This document shows, one piece after another, positions 25,270 through 39,594 of a stretch of 64,000 nt of DNA. How positions within the stretch are numbered: position 1 is the stretch's first letter; every line of letters starts with the position of its first letter. Origin of the DNA: Eledone cirrhosa (taxonomy: Eukaryota); NCBI GenBank assembly GCA_964016885.1, contig OZ024742.1, positions 181,722,001 through 181,786,000 of the forward strand, in the 5' to 3' direction. Made by a program: the position numbers and the translations under genes. The notes beneath the pieces were generated by a model. That model ran no database searches and was not told the DNA's origin. It saw only the letters and a program-made list of their open reading frames with translations.

Positions 25270-26603
25270 TATACTGTGGGACTGCCAACATCATTTATAC
25301 TGTGGGACTGCCAACATCATTTATACTGTGGGACTGCCAACAATATTAATACTTTGGGACTGCCAACATCATTTATACTGTGGGACTGCCAACAATATTA
25401 ATACTTTGGGACTGCCTACATCATTTATACTGTGGAACTGCCAACAATATTAATACTTTGGGACTGCCAACATCATTTATACTGTGGGACTGCCAACAAT
25501 ATTAATACTTTGGGACTGCCAACATCATTTATACTGTGGAACTGCCAACAATATTAATACTGTGGGACTGCCAACATCATTTATACTGTGGGACTGCCAA
25601 CAATATTAATACTGTGGGACTGCCAACATCATTTATACTGTGGGACTGCCAACAATATTAATACTGTGGGACTGCCAACATCATTTATACTGTGGGACTG
25701 CCAACATCATTTATACTTTGGGACTGCCAACAATATTAATACTTTGGGACTGCCAACATCATTTATACTGTGGGACTGCCAACAATATTAATACTGTGGG
25801 ACTGCCAACATCATTTATACTGTGGGACTGCCAACAATATTAATACTGTGGGACTGCCAACATCATTTATACTTTGGGACTGCCAACAATATTAATACTG
25901 TGGGACTGCCAACATCATTTATACTGTGGGACTGCCAACAATATTAATACTGTGGGACTGCCAACATCATTTATACTTTGGGACTGCCAACAATATTAAT
26001 ACTGTGGGACTGCCAACATCATTTATACTGTGGGACTGCCAACAATATTAATACTGTGGGACTGCCAACATCATTTATACTGTGGGACTGCCAACAATAT
26101 TAATACTTTGGGACTGCCAACATCATTTATACTGTGGGACTGCCAACAATATTAATACTGTGGGACTGCCAACATCATTTATACTTTGGGACTGCCAACA
26201 ATATTAATACTGTGGGACTGCCAACATCATTTATACTGTGGGACTGCCAACAATATTAATACTTTGGGACTGCCAACATCATTTATACTGTGGGACTGCC
26301 AACAATATTAATACTGTGGGACTGCCAACATCATTTATACTGTGGGACTGCCAACAATATTAATACTTTAGGACTGCCAACATCATTTATACTGTGGGAC
26401 TGCCAACAATATTAATACTGTGGGACTGCCAACATCATTTATACTGTGGGACTGCCAACAATATTAATACTGTGGGACTGCCAACATCATTTATACTGTG
26501 GGACTGCCAACAATATTAATACTGTGGGACTGCCAACATCATTTATACTGTGGGACTGCCAACAATATTAATACCTTGGGACTGCCAACATCATTTATAC
26601 TGC
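25270..26603 (+). repeat. Minisatellite, 26-bp monomer with two mostly alternating variants (52-bp dimer)
   Basis: tactgtgggactgccaacatcattta / tactgtgggactgccaacaatattaa, about 50 very homogeneous units. Confidence 0.97.
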
Positions 26604-26659
26604 GGCTATAATGTGTAGTTAGAAGTTCAATCTTTATCAGAGTTAGTGGAATAATTTTA

Positions 26660-27928
26660 AGGCGGTAGATTGGCAGAATCGATAGAGCGTCGGACAACAT
26701 GCTTAGCGGTATAGAGTTATGGCCTTTTACATTCTGAGTTCAAATCTAGCCGAAGTTAGATTTGCTTTTCATCCTTACGGGGTCGATAAAATAAAGTACC
26801 AGTGATGCACTGGGGTCGATTTAATCGACTTTCCCCTTCCCCAAAATTGTTGGCCTTGTGTTTAAATCTGAAACTTTTATTTATACTGCAAGTCTATCAA
26901 GATTACTGCAAAACTGTCAACATTATTCACACTGTGGGACTCTCAACATTGGATTGGCAGTATCGGAAGAGGGTCGGACGCCATGCTTTGATGCATAGAG
27001 TTACGGTCCTTGCCATTCTGAGTTCAAATCCCACCGAGGTTAACTTTGCCTTTCATCCTTACGGGGTCGATAAAATAAAGTACCAGTAATGCACTGGGTA
27101 ATTGCTGGCCTTGTGCCAAAAGAGGAAACAATTATTTTTATAATATAATTTACACTGGGACTGTCAACATGAATTATACCGCGTATCTGTCAACATTATT
27201 TACCCTGCCGAGGTTAACTTTGCCTTTCATCCTTACGGGGTCGATAAAATAAAGTACCATAATGCACTGGATAATTGCTGGCCTTGTGCCTAAAGTAGAA
27301 ACAATTATTTACACTGTGGGACTGTCAACATGAATTATACAGCGTATCTGTCAACATTATTTATGGGATCAAATCCCGCCGAGGTTGACTTTGCCTTTCA
27401 TCCTTACGGGGTCGATAAAATAAAGTACCAGTAATGCACTGGGTAATTGCTGGCCTTGTGCCTAAAGTAGAAACAATTATTTATGGGATGATTGCTGGCC
27501 TTGTGCCTAAAGTAGAAACAATTATTTATACTGTGAGGTGGATTGGCAGTATCGGCAGAGGGTCGGACGCCATGCTTTAACGCATAGAGTTACGGCCCTT
27601 GCCATTCTGAACTCAAATTCCGCCGAGGTTAACTTTACCTTTCATCCTTACAGGGTTGATAAAATAAAGTACCAGTGATGCACTGGGTAATTGCTGGCCT
27701 TGTGCCTAAAGTAGAAACAATTATTTATACTGTGAGGCAGTGGATTGGCAGTATTGGTAGAAGGTCGAATACCATGCTTTGCAGCATAAAGTTATGCTCC
27801 TTTACGGTCTGAGTTCAAATACCGCCGAGGTTAACTTTGCCTTTCATCCTAACGGGGTCGATAAAATAAAGTACCAGTAATGCACTGGTTAATTGCTGGC
27901 CTTGTGCCAAAGGTAGAAACAATTATTT
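26660..27928 (+). mobile_element. Cluster of about 7 full/partial family-1 SINEs interleaved with minisatellite units
   Basis: Repeated ccgaggttaactttgcctttcatccttacggggtcgataaaataaagtacc..aaagtagaaacaattatt, all on +. Confidence 0.9.
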
Positions 27929-27947
27929 CTAATAACATTATATATAC

Positions 27948-28135
27948 CAGACCTGTCAACTCTCCCGGTCCGACGGGGAAATCTCCCACCCACTTTGGGG
28001 TGGGTGAGAGATGTCTTCTCTTGTGAAAATCGGTATAGCTTTCATTATGTAAAATCTCCCCATTTTGCCTCATTTTCACCCGTTATGGGGTTCTTATTTT
28101 CAACCCGTTTGGGTTTTTAGAGTTTGGCAGCTCTG
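27948..28135 (+). mobile_element. MITE with CAG-starting TIRs (hAT-like)
   Basis: cagacctgtcaactctc..agagtttggcagctctg; homologous copy at 62373-62768 (-). Confidence 0.7.
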
Positions 28136-28139
28136 TTTA

Positions 28140-30560
28140 TTGTGTGGTACTGTCAACATTATTTATACTGTGGGATTCTTGACATTATTTCTAATAACAT
28201 TATATATACTGTAGGACTGTCAATATTATTTACACTGAGGGACTGTCAACATTAATTACACTGAGGGACTGTCAACATTATTTATATTGTGGGATTCTTG
28301 ACATTATTTCTAATAACATTATATATACTGTAGGACTGTCAATATTATTTACACTGAGGGACTGTCAATATTATTTACACTGAGGGACTGTCAACATTAT
28401 TTATATTGTGGGATTCTTGACATTATTTCTAATAACATTATATATACTGTAGGACTGTCAATATTATTTACACTGGGGGACTGTCAACATTAATTACACT
28501 GAGGGCTGTCAACATTATTTATACTGTGGGATTCTTGACATTATTTCTAATAACATTATATATACTGTAGGACTGTCAATATTATTTACACTGAGGGACT
28601 GTCAACATTATTTATATTGTGGGATTCTTGACATTATTTCTAATAACATTATATATACTGTAGGACTGTCAATATTATTTACACTGAGGGACTGTCAACA
28701 TTAATTACACTGAGGGACTGTCAACATTATTTATATTGTGGGATTCTTGACATTATTTCTAATAACATTATATATACTGTAGGACTGTCAATATTATTTA
28801 CACTGAGGGACTGTCAATATTAATTACACTGAGGGACTGTCAACATTATTTATATTGTGGGATTCTTGACATTATTTCTAATAACATTATATATACTGTA
28901 GGACTGTCAATATTATTTACACTGAGGGACTGTCAACATTAATTACACTGAGGGACTGTCAACATTATTTATATTGTGGGATTCTTGACATTATTTCTAA
29001 TAACATTATATATACTGTAGGACTGTCAATATTATTTACACTGAGGGCTGTCAACATTATTTATACTGTGGGATTCTTGACATTATTTCTAATAACATTA
29101 TATATACTGTAGGACTGTCAATATTATTTACACTGAGGGACTGTCAACATTAATTACACTGAGGGACTGTCAACATTATTTATATTGTGGGATTCTTGAC
29201 ATTATTTCTAATAACATTATATATACTGTAGGACTGTCAATATTATTTACACTGAGGGACTGTCAATATTATTTACACTGAGGGACTGTCAACATTATTT
29301 ATATTGTGGGATTCTTGACATTATTTCTAATAACATTATATATACTGTAGGACTGTCAATATTATTTACACTGGGGGACTGTCAACATTAATTACACTGA
29401 GGGCTGTCAACATTATTTATACTGTGGGATTCTTGACATTATTTCTAATAACATTATATATACTGTAGGACTGTCAATATTATTTACACTGAGGGACTGT
29501 CAACATTATTTATATTGTGGGATTCTTGACATTATTTCTAATAACATTATATATACTGTAGGACTGTCAATATTATTTACACTGAGGGCTCTCAACATTA
29601 TTTATATTGTGGGATTCTTGACATTATTTCTAATAACATTATATATACTGTAGGACTGTCAACATTAATTACACTGAGGGACTGTCAACATTAATTACAC
29701 TGAGTGCTCTCAACATTATTTATATTGTGGGATTCTTGACATTATTTCTAATAACATTATATATACTGTAGGACTGTCAACATTAATTACACTGAGGGAC
29801 TGTCAACATTAATTACACTGAGTGCTCTCAACATTATTTATATTGTGGGATTCTTGACATTATTTCTAATAACATTATATATACTGTAGGACTGTCAACA
29901 TTAATTACACTGAGGGACTGTCAACATTAATTACACTGAGTGCTCTCAACATTATTTATATTGTGGGATTCTTGACATTATTTCTAATAACATTATATAT
30001 ACTGTAGGACTGTCAACATTAATTACACTGAGGGACTGTCAACATTAATTACACTGAGTGCTCTCAACATTATTTATATTGTGGGATTCTTGACATTATT
30101 TCTAATAACATATATACTGTAGGACTGTCAACAATATCTTTATACTGTAGGACTGTCAACATCAATTTTACCACTGGGATCTTAACATTATATATACTGT
30201 GGAACTCTCAACATTCAATATACTGTAGGACTGTGAACACCAATTATACCGCGGGTATCTTAGCATTATATATATATATACTGTGGGACTGTTAAGATTA
30301 TATAATCTGTGGCACTATCAACTATTTACACTGGGACTGTCAACATTATTTCTAATAACATTATATATATTGTGGGACAGTCAACATTATTTACAATGTA
30401 GGACTGCGAACATTATTTACACTGAAGAACGGTCAACATTATTTATATTGTGGCACTGTCAATGTTAAATATTGTGGGAATATAAACATTTATTATACCG
30501 TGGGACTCTCAAACTTAATTATTGCGTGGGACTAAGGAAATTAATTATATTGTTGGACTA
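28140..30560 (+). repeat. Higher-order minisatellite of diverged 26-bp monomers, decaying at the right end
   Basis: Units actgagggactgtcaacattatttat / tgtgggattcttgacattatttctaataacattatatat / actgtaggactgtcaatattatttac in 3-4-monomer blocks. Confidence 0.95.
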
Positions 30561-31406
30561 TCAATATATAAAATTAACAGCATTATTAATAATGTGAAGT
30601 TAACAACATTATTTATATTTTTAACCTAGAGCAAACATTTCTTATATTTCTAGACAATAGTAAATTACCTTGTCACCGGTGTCTGATCTTATTGTATATA
30701 TAGTTTTTAACGTCATCACCGCTTTGTTCTACAGACTTTTTCCATTAACCTTCCATGTCTATTACATTTTCTTCACATCCGTTTGTACAGAGCTCAATCT
30801 ATGTCGGCCGGCGCCATCTTCCTTCTCGTATTTTGTTTTTCATGTTTATGCATTTGTTTATATGTTTGTTGTTTTTATTTATATTTGCTTATCGTTCTTT
30901 GTATTTATAGTTCCGTGAATGTCTCTTCTCTCTCTCCCAATGGTTATCTTTTTCTCTTTCTCTCTCCCTATATATATCTTCCTCTCAGACTTCCTCTCTT
31001 GTCTTTCTCTCTCATCTGCCCCTTTCTAAATGTCTATATCTTTCTCTCTCTCAATATATATATGTATCTTTCTCTCACACACACACTCTGGTCTCTCTCT
31101 CTCCTGCTCTCTCTTTCCCTCCCTCTCTCTGCATTTCTCTCGCTCCGGTCGCCAGCTAGAAAGCGACTTATTAGGCCAAACCGCTTTTATTGTTGAACAA
31201 AGCAGTCCTTGCATGAATTGTAAATATGGATGATGGTTGGTGCTTGAATAAGATATTAGTGTTGAAGTTGTGGTCGTCATGGGACTTGCCTCAGCTTTTG
31301 TCGCCATTTCTTCTTTATCCACCATCACAATTACTACAACGACGAAGACATCCAACACATATTTACATATCCCTAAACACACACAAACAGACAAACAGAC
31401 ATACAA

Positions 31407-31472
<66 letters not shown>

Positions 31473-31679
31473 CCCAGCATATAACAATATCTATAATATA
31501 TTTTCCTTCATGAAATATGGAGTACTAAGTTGAATAATGGTCTTACTAATCATAATTAGTAATATGTCACCCATGGGAAGCCAACGGTAAAGCTTAAACC
31601 ATTTCAATGTCCTGGCGGATAATTTCCTTTCTAGCCATCGAAATGGCTTAAGCTTGACCACCAGCCATCATATCCTATA

Positions 31680-31766
<87 letters not shown>

Positions 31767-31898
31767 GCATGTATGTATGTATATACATTTAAATTATAAT
31801 CGATGACTGTTTTGGGCTTGCGTCACGGAATAAACAAGGGTTAATCTCTCTCTCTCTCTCTCTCAAACAGACAGACACACAGAACAGACACAGACACA

Positions 31899-31953
<55 letters not shown>

Positions 31954-32845
31954 GTATGTAGTGAGAAGGCTGTGTTGTCTCAACTCAGGGTGACCATTTT
32001 GTGCTGAGAATGAGAAGGCTGTGTTGTTTTAACTCAGAGTCACCATTTTGTAGTGGATAAATGTATTCCTTTCGGGATGAATGATAAAAAGAATAATGTC
32101 AGAACTGTGATGTTAACAATGTTTATTTTACAATAACAATATTCACTTGTTGGTACCTTGAACATCGAGTAATAATATTTATGACAGATTTTATTACTTC
32201 ATCAGTTTGCCAACTAGCTACGTCGAGCTAGCGTGTATGCATATATCAATACAACGATATAATAGACGTGAAATAACAGGAAGACGAAATATTAGTGAAA
32301 AACATAGTAAACCTACTGCGTGTGTGTTTATGTTTGTCTATCCTGTCGTTGGTCAAATTTGTCGAGTGGGTATGGAATGTGAGAGCCTTAGGCCAGGAGA
32401 GAGAAAAAGTAAAATGTCTGCTGATGCCTACACCGTTATCTCTCATGGACTGCTTGCTGCTTCGGGGTCTCTCTGTCTGGTTGTGTAGTCTGTGGCCGAG
32501 AAGTTGAGAGCCAGTAAGGCCAGGAGAGAGAGATAAAGTAAAAGTGAATTGACTACATCGTTATTCTCTCTATGACTATTGCTTCGGTCTGGCTGCTGGG
32601 TTCCCCAAGTCCTTGTATTTATAATAACCCTATGGTTATAAGGATGTGTATGTGGCGTTGATTTATGAGTAGCCATCTGTGATTCCTCTGTCTACAAGCT
32701 GGGGTTACAGATCAAGTGGTATGTACCTTTATCATACTTGTTTCTTGACAGGACAATCGTGGGAACTTCCAGCAATAGGTGGTCCCAGAGGCGAGAACTA
32801 TTAGATTTGGTTTCGAATCTTCGCCGGTAAATTTATAGAATTCCG

Positions 32846-32925
<80 letters not shown>

Positions 32926-33191
32926 TCATATATATTTGAATTTCGTATTTCTAAAGAAATACGGTATGTTTATAAATAATTATTTAGGAAGCCATAGCTA
33001 TGAATAACACACTGGTAGCTAACACCACCAGGCGGTGCCCGACAGAAGCAAGGGGGACAATAGTCGATGCATTTCGAACTGAACTGGTTTCTCGTCAGGA
33101 CGATCTCTCCCGCTCTTGCAACTGCCGGACTTTGAAAACAGGTCAGTGTATACATATTTGTATATAGCTATGTTCGAAGCTAAATTCTAAT

Positions 33192-33368
<177 letters not shown>

Positions 33369-33449
33369 GGTAAACAGAAATAACAACACATTCGATACAG
33401 TATATGGAAGGGATATATTAGATTAACGCTTCATATAGCTGGAAGAGGG

Positions 33450-33485
33450 TTTTAACGTTTCGGACGCTAGTCCTTCATCAGAAAA
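33450..33485 (-). ncRNA. Minimal hammerhead ribozyme of a further PLE 3' remnant
   Basis: Minus strand: tttt-CTGATGA-a-ggac tagc gtcc-GAAA-cg-TT-aaaa. Its tail (33361-33405) recurs inverted at 61232-61272. Confidence 0.8.
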
Positions 33486-34189
33486 AAGAATGAGAAATAA
33501 GTTAGATTGAGCGGACGGGTGGGTTGGAATTGGAAAACTGTCTGTAGATAAAAATAACAGGTCCATTCATGTTAACATCTCTTATATATATACATATAAT
33601 AAACTTAGGAAAATTAACAAAGAGAAGACAAGGAACGGAAACGAAAAGAAAAAATCTTTTGAAGGGGAAACTGTAAAAAAGTATTTTGAAAATAAGACAA
33701 ACGAAAGACACAGAACTGTAAGTTCTTCAGCCGTCGAGTACCGACAGTATACTGGTCTACCCGGGGTGACAGCGTCGTCTGACAAGCCAGATAGGTGTCC
33801 GTGGAGTAAAAGTTAAGAAAAAACAACGTATTGTCATTAAGCCATAGCATGTACACATAGAATTTTATGTGACGATTAGGAGAAGGTATTGTGCATTTTA
33901 TAGCACCGAATGTCTCGTGAGACTGACACAAAGGAAAAGAAAAGATAAGACAAGAAAAAGAAAATAAGATAACATATTAAACAAAGTAAACCATTGAAAT
34001 TATTGAGGGAAGAAGAGTGAACTCGTTCGTCACCGATTAGTAATAAACACACACACACACATATATATATATGTTTATCCCGGGTTCAATCGGGGGTAAC
34101 CACATTAGGTAAGGCTCTCATAGCAGAGTATAAATATTTAATATAGAAAGTAGTATACAGTGGTATACAGTTCTAGTCCTGTAGAAGGC

Positions 34190-34256
<67 letters not shown>

Positions 34257-34288
34257 TGTATATATATATATATATATATATATTCATA

Positions 34289-34765
34289 TAGTGTAAGATT
34301 GAAGAATAACATGGTCGGCTGCACAAAGGGTTTTATTTCAAGTATTAACAATTGTTTCATTGATCAGGTGAGTCTAAAGGTCGCTAATCACTCGACCTTA
34401 AATACAGTGTTTACCTCTGATCAATCATCGGAATTCCGCTGATTTGATCAGAGGTAAACACTGTATTTAAGGTCGAGTGACGCAACTTTGAGTGATTAGC
34501 GGCCTTTAGACTCACCTGATCAATGAAACAATTGTTAATACCTGAAATAAAGCCCCTTGTTGTACAGCCGACCATGTTACTCTTCAATCTTTCACTATTA
34601 TTACTCCAAGTATAACCTGCATAGGAATTGTCGCGAACTCGCTGCCTATCTCTGGAAACATCTTGTTGAGTCAAACAAAGCCGTACGTTAAAACTATCCA
34701 CAATACAGAGTACTCACAACCTCTAACTGGATTACCTATAACGATAACTTGTTATCCCATATATA
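34289..34765 (+). mobile_element. Fold-back element with HHR 3' half, family D
   Basis: ~300-bp palindrome 34289-34597 centred on ggaattcc (34430-34437); GAAA-caattg-TT-aatac at 34525-34541; tail to a short TA run. Confidence 0.7.
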
Positions 34766-35623
34766 TTTATATATAGGTACCTCCGTCGCTCGTCATTTTC
34801 GTTCCTCAAGTCACTCCTCCCTACATGCTTCAGTTCTTGTTGTCCTTTTATATCACGGGTCACTGGTCTCGCGCACCAGGACTGAGCAGAGTCTTATTTT
34901 CTGCCTTGGGTTGAGTTTCCCTAATGGACTAAACTCCCCTCTCCAATTTCTTTAATCTTGCACACATACCCTCGCACTTACTTTTCTACCCCTTGCCACT
35001 GTTCCCACTATCTCGTCGGTTGTCATACACCTTCACTCCCTATGTATCTGTTATAGTCAGAAACATACACAGCTTATACAAACAACAACAAACACACACA
35101 CACGCACTTCTACACTTACCTTCACACTTCGGTACAGACCAACAACTAACACACCACCCTTATATATACATATACATATGCTCACAGCTTCATACTTAGA
35201 AGCACACATATACACATGCATACACATTCTCTTAAACTTACTGATATACACACATATTTTCCTAGCTTTGTACGGACGAATAACAAGCATACACACACAC
35301 ACACACACGCACACACACGAAGGCGCACATGTACTCACTATATTTCAGCTAGATGCGTTCGTTCACACCAGCATCAACAGTTTTCCAGGAAATCGTTACG
35401 TGAATAGACTTGTTTTGACTCAAGAATATTTCTTTCTTTTCTGCCACTGCCAATTCTCCTTTATCTTTCTATCTCTTTCTTAATTTCTTATTCTATTTTT
35501 TTATGAAGGAATAGCGCCCGAAATGCCAAGACTGACTCTTTTCCTACTGTATCAAGCAGAAAACTAATAATGTATTTCTTCATTTGCACTGTGTCGTTTA
35601 CTTTATTATTTCTGTTTGCCTTT

Positions 35624-35721
<98 letters not shown>

Positions 35722-35752
35722 CATTTTTATATATATATATATATATATATAC

Positions 35753-35901
<149 letters not shown>

Positions 35902-35927
35902 TGTATATATATATATATATATATACA

Positions 35928-35985
<58 letters not shown>

Positions 35986-35996
35986 TATATATATAT

Positions 35997-36197
35997 AACG
36001 AAGGAAGTGTGGTAAGGAACCAGATGGACCATAACGTACCAGAGTACTCAATATTTAGGGTAGTAGAGTGGGTAATAGGAAAATGTTCAAGACCCCGACG
36101 GCAGAGATCAAACCGGTTCGACGGCTATTTCTGGACTCCAGAAATAGACGTCGAAAAAGGCTTGAGCTCTGCCGTCGAGGTCTTGAACATTTTCTTA
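35997..36197 (-). mobile_element. Fold-back element, family C
   Basis: Same stem-II-centred palindrome (gacggctatttctggactccagaaatag) and tail as 22673-22867; TA-flanked. Confidence 0.8.
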
Positions 36198-36522
36198 TAT
36201 ATATATATATATATGTATATAATGAAGAAGTCAGTGTGATTGAATTTTACATCATTTTATTAATTAGTTCTTACTGTTATAGATATTTCAATGATATCTA
36301 TTATGTAATAGTCACATTCTCATCAGACGTCTATTATGTAAACTTTTCATCAGGTTTTGATGGTGCTGCTCCAACATCCAGTATACACACACACATACAC
36401 ACACACGCATACACACACTCACACACACACACACACATGTACGCACACACACGCACACGCACACGCACGCACGAACACACACACGCACGAACACACACAC
36501 TAACATACGCACACACACACAC

Positions 36523-36568
<46 letters not shown>

Positions 36569-36580
36569 CATGTATATATA

Positions 36581-37033
36581 TTAGGTTGGACAAAGTTTTC
36601 ACCGTTTATCAAATTTTTTTTATTGGATTTGTGGTTTTTTAATGTTAGGAAAATTTTACAAGTCAAAATAATCGCCATCATTTACGGTTACCACCTGCCA
36701 TCGTTTAGGCACGTGATTCCAATGTTGTAGAATTCCTTTAATTTCAATGCAAAATGTTCCGTCAGCCACTGATTTAACTGGTCTTTATTGGTGAATTTTT
36801 TTTTGACTGCATTGCATTGCTCATTGAGATAAAAAGGTGGTAGGTGTGAGGTCGGACAAATATGGTGGGTGGAGCAGAACCTCCCAACCTAGCTCTAGCA
36901 GCTTCTCATGGGTCATCCTTGACCCATCTAGCTGACCGTTATCATGAAGAAATCGGGACTATGGTGTGGGCGCACCTGTGCGATTTTCGGTACTAAACAG
37001 TCAAGTTGTTGACAATAGACGTCAGAGTTTATC

Positions 37034-37034
<1 letters not shown>
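36581..37034 (-). mobile_element. Mariner transposon 3' fragment
   Basis: TA + ttaggttgg TIR. Minus-strand FLHDNG..EKLLELGWEVLLHPPYLSDLTP..YHLF matches mariner HDNARPH / HPPYSPDLAPSDYHLF motifs. Confidence 0.85.
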
Positions 37035-37080
<46 letters not shown>

Positions 37081-37082
<2 letters not shown>

Positions 37083-37585
37083 GGCTGCCCCCTCGTCATC
37101 GAGTATGGCCATTGCACGATATTCCATTATTAATAATTATTAATTAATTCTATCGTGCAATGGCTGAGCCGCAGGTTTTATGTCGGAGTTATCCCAGTTT
37201 CCTGAGTTGCCTTCTCCTAGAAGAATGCCCTGAGAAAGGCTAGGGGTCCTTCACTCCCAGTGGTTTAACCGCGCGATCAGGTGTCCAGCTTCACTATTTC
37301 TATGTCCTCGCGCATATATATACACATGCACCCATGTATATACACTTATACATATACATACATATGTACAAGTGTATATACATATTTACACACTTTTCGA
37401 TGGCCCTTGACTCTTATGAGTTCTTCCACCCTTTGTCAGGTTTTGTTTTTTGTCCTGCAGGATGTCTAAAATCACCCTCATCAAGCAAACTTGCTGGTGT
37501 TGCCGGTTTAGTCGCCGACGACCCGACCATGCGACAGGTTGTACTGGGTTACATGTTACCAGTCGCACTCAAGAGTGACCCGTCA
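37081..37585 (-). mobile_element. Diverged relative of the RTE-derived short element, with a different 3' end and (CA)n tail
   Basis: 37388-37585 and 37200-37265 match the reverse complement of 5301-5560; 3' end ggccatactcgatgacgagggggcagccaa(CA)n. Confidence 0.7.
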
Positions 37586-37617
37586 TAATATATATATATA
37601 TATATACATACATATAT

Positions 37618-37805
37618 GTAGGAAAAGAGTCAGGGCCCCTACGGCTGAGCACTATTGAATACTGCAGGGTTAGTTCGGATCTAGTTGTCGAAACGGCTGG
37701 AGCTCAGCCATCGGGGTCCTGACACTTTTCCTATTACCCTCTCTACTACGTTAAGTATCGAGTACTCTGGTGCGTTATGGTCCATCTGGTTCCTTACTAC
37801 ACTTA
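37618..37805 (+). mobile_element. Family C element with short inverted arm
   Basis: gtcGAAAcggctggagctcagccatcggggtcc plus family-C tail; 37618-37653 inverts 37703-37734. Confidence 0.7.
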
Positions 37806-38307
37806 TATATATATGTGTTTACCCTTTATGTGTATGTGTGTGTGTGTGTACATATTTGTACCCTCACACATGTATATATATATATGTATGTGTGTCTGTG
37901 CGTGTGTGTACGCATACGTATTCACGTACACATATACGCTTTTATCCTGCTTATTGAAAGCATATTAATTTGTATATAGAAAGTGTAGATTGCAGGTGAA
38001 CAAGCAGGTGCTTGCTGTCGCTGTATATTCAAATGCATTGTTGTATATCTAATAAGATGATAGCTTTTCTGGCGATGTTACTGTAATGCAAGCAATGTTT
38101 TGTCTTCGTTTATAACTTTATCTTTTCTTTTAACGTTTTTACCTCGAAATATTTTACGTAGGAAATCGGGACAGTAATGATGCAGCCATAAAAATATTGA
38201 GAAAAGAAATGAATATATATATATATATATATCACGATAAATTAACGGAGGCATAGGCTCTCGCCATTCCCTGTAAATATATATATATATATATATATGG
38301 AAACTTT

Positions 38308-38343
<36 letters not shown>

Positions 38344-38347
<4 letters not shown>

Positions 38348-39031
38348 AAAGTTTTGTTGGGTTACAACAAGTAAATATTTTATAACTGATATAAAGCACT
38401 CGACAAGTTTTTGGAGTAGATATACGATATTAAACAAATGGAAACTATATTTATAAAACCATATTTATTTCATTATACATATTTCAGGGATACCATATTA
38501 AAAATATGGCATGCCTTCGTCAGATAAAATACAATATATAAACAGTTTTATAAATAATTTTGACGTACCATAATATAAGCGACCATTAAATTAGGAAGCT
38601 GCCTGGGTAGTGATGTGTTTATAATTATTTAGTTATAGTGTTAAGCACAGTTAGAAAAAAGACGGAGAGAAAGAAGAAACGGAGGTAAAGAAAAACAAAG
38701 AGAGAGGGGAGAGAGAAAAAGATATCTATTTATATATCTTTTTCTCTCTCCCCTCTCTCTGTTTTTCTTTACCTCCGTTTCTTCTTTCTCGCCGTCTTTT
38801 TTCTAACTGTGCTTAACACTATAACTAAATAATTATAAACACATCACTACCCAGGCAGCTTCCTAATTTAATGGTCGCTTATATTATGGTACGTCAAAAT
38901 TATTTATAAAACTGTTTATATATTGTATTTTATCTGACGAAGGCATTCCATATTTTTAATATTGTATCCCTGAAATATGTATAATGAAATAAATATGGTT
39001 TTATAAATATAGTTTCCATTTGTTTAATATC

Positions 39032-39037
<6 letters not shown>
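38344..39037. mobile_element. Fold-back hammerhead element, family A, ~300-bp arms
   Basis: Arms 38420-38725 / 38734-39037, 8-nt loop. HHR on + 38928-38989 (CTGACGA..GAAA-tatgta-TA) and on - 38468-38529. Tail 38344-38420. Confidence 0.88.
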
Positions 39038-39086
<49 letters not shown>

Positions 39087-39179
39087 GGTTATAGATTCCA
39101 TACACTGGTGGTTTTTTCCCTGTATTATTGATATCGCACTATATCTCTCTCTCTGGTGTGTTACCTTTTCAACATATTG

Positions 39180-39277
<98 letters not shown>

Positions 39278-39282
39278 CACAC

Positions 39283-39315
<33 letters not shown>

Positions 39316-39409
39316 TACATGTATATATATATACACACACACATATATATAGACATATATATACATACATATATATACATATAATATATATATATATACA
39401 TGTATATAT

Positions 39410-39444
<35 letters not shown>

Positions 39445-39537
39445 GACATATATATGTATGTATATATAGATATGTATATATATATTTATATATATATATA
39501 TATATACATACATGTATATATATATACACACATATAA

Positions 39538-39594
<57 letters not shown>

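Noticed and set aside
25270-26603. CRISPR-like regular array
   Set aside because: The variable part has only two alternating 8-nt versions, there are no unique spacers or cas genes, and the context is eukaryotic: a minisatellite.
26660-26760. tRNA genes suggested by A/B boxes
   Set aside because: Boxes belong to SINE heads; no cloverleaf, and each is followed by SINE core and tail.
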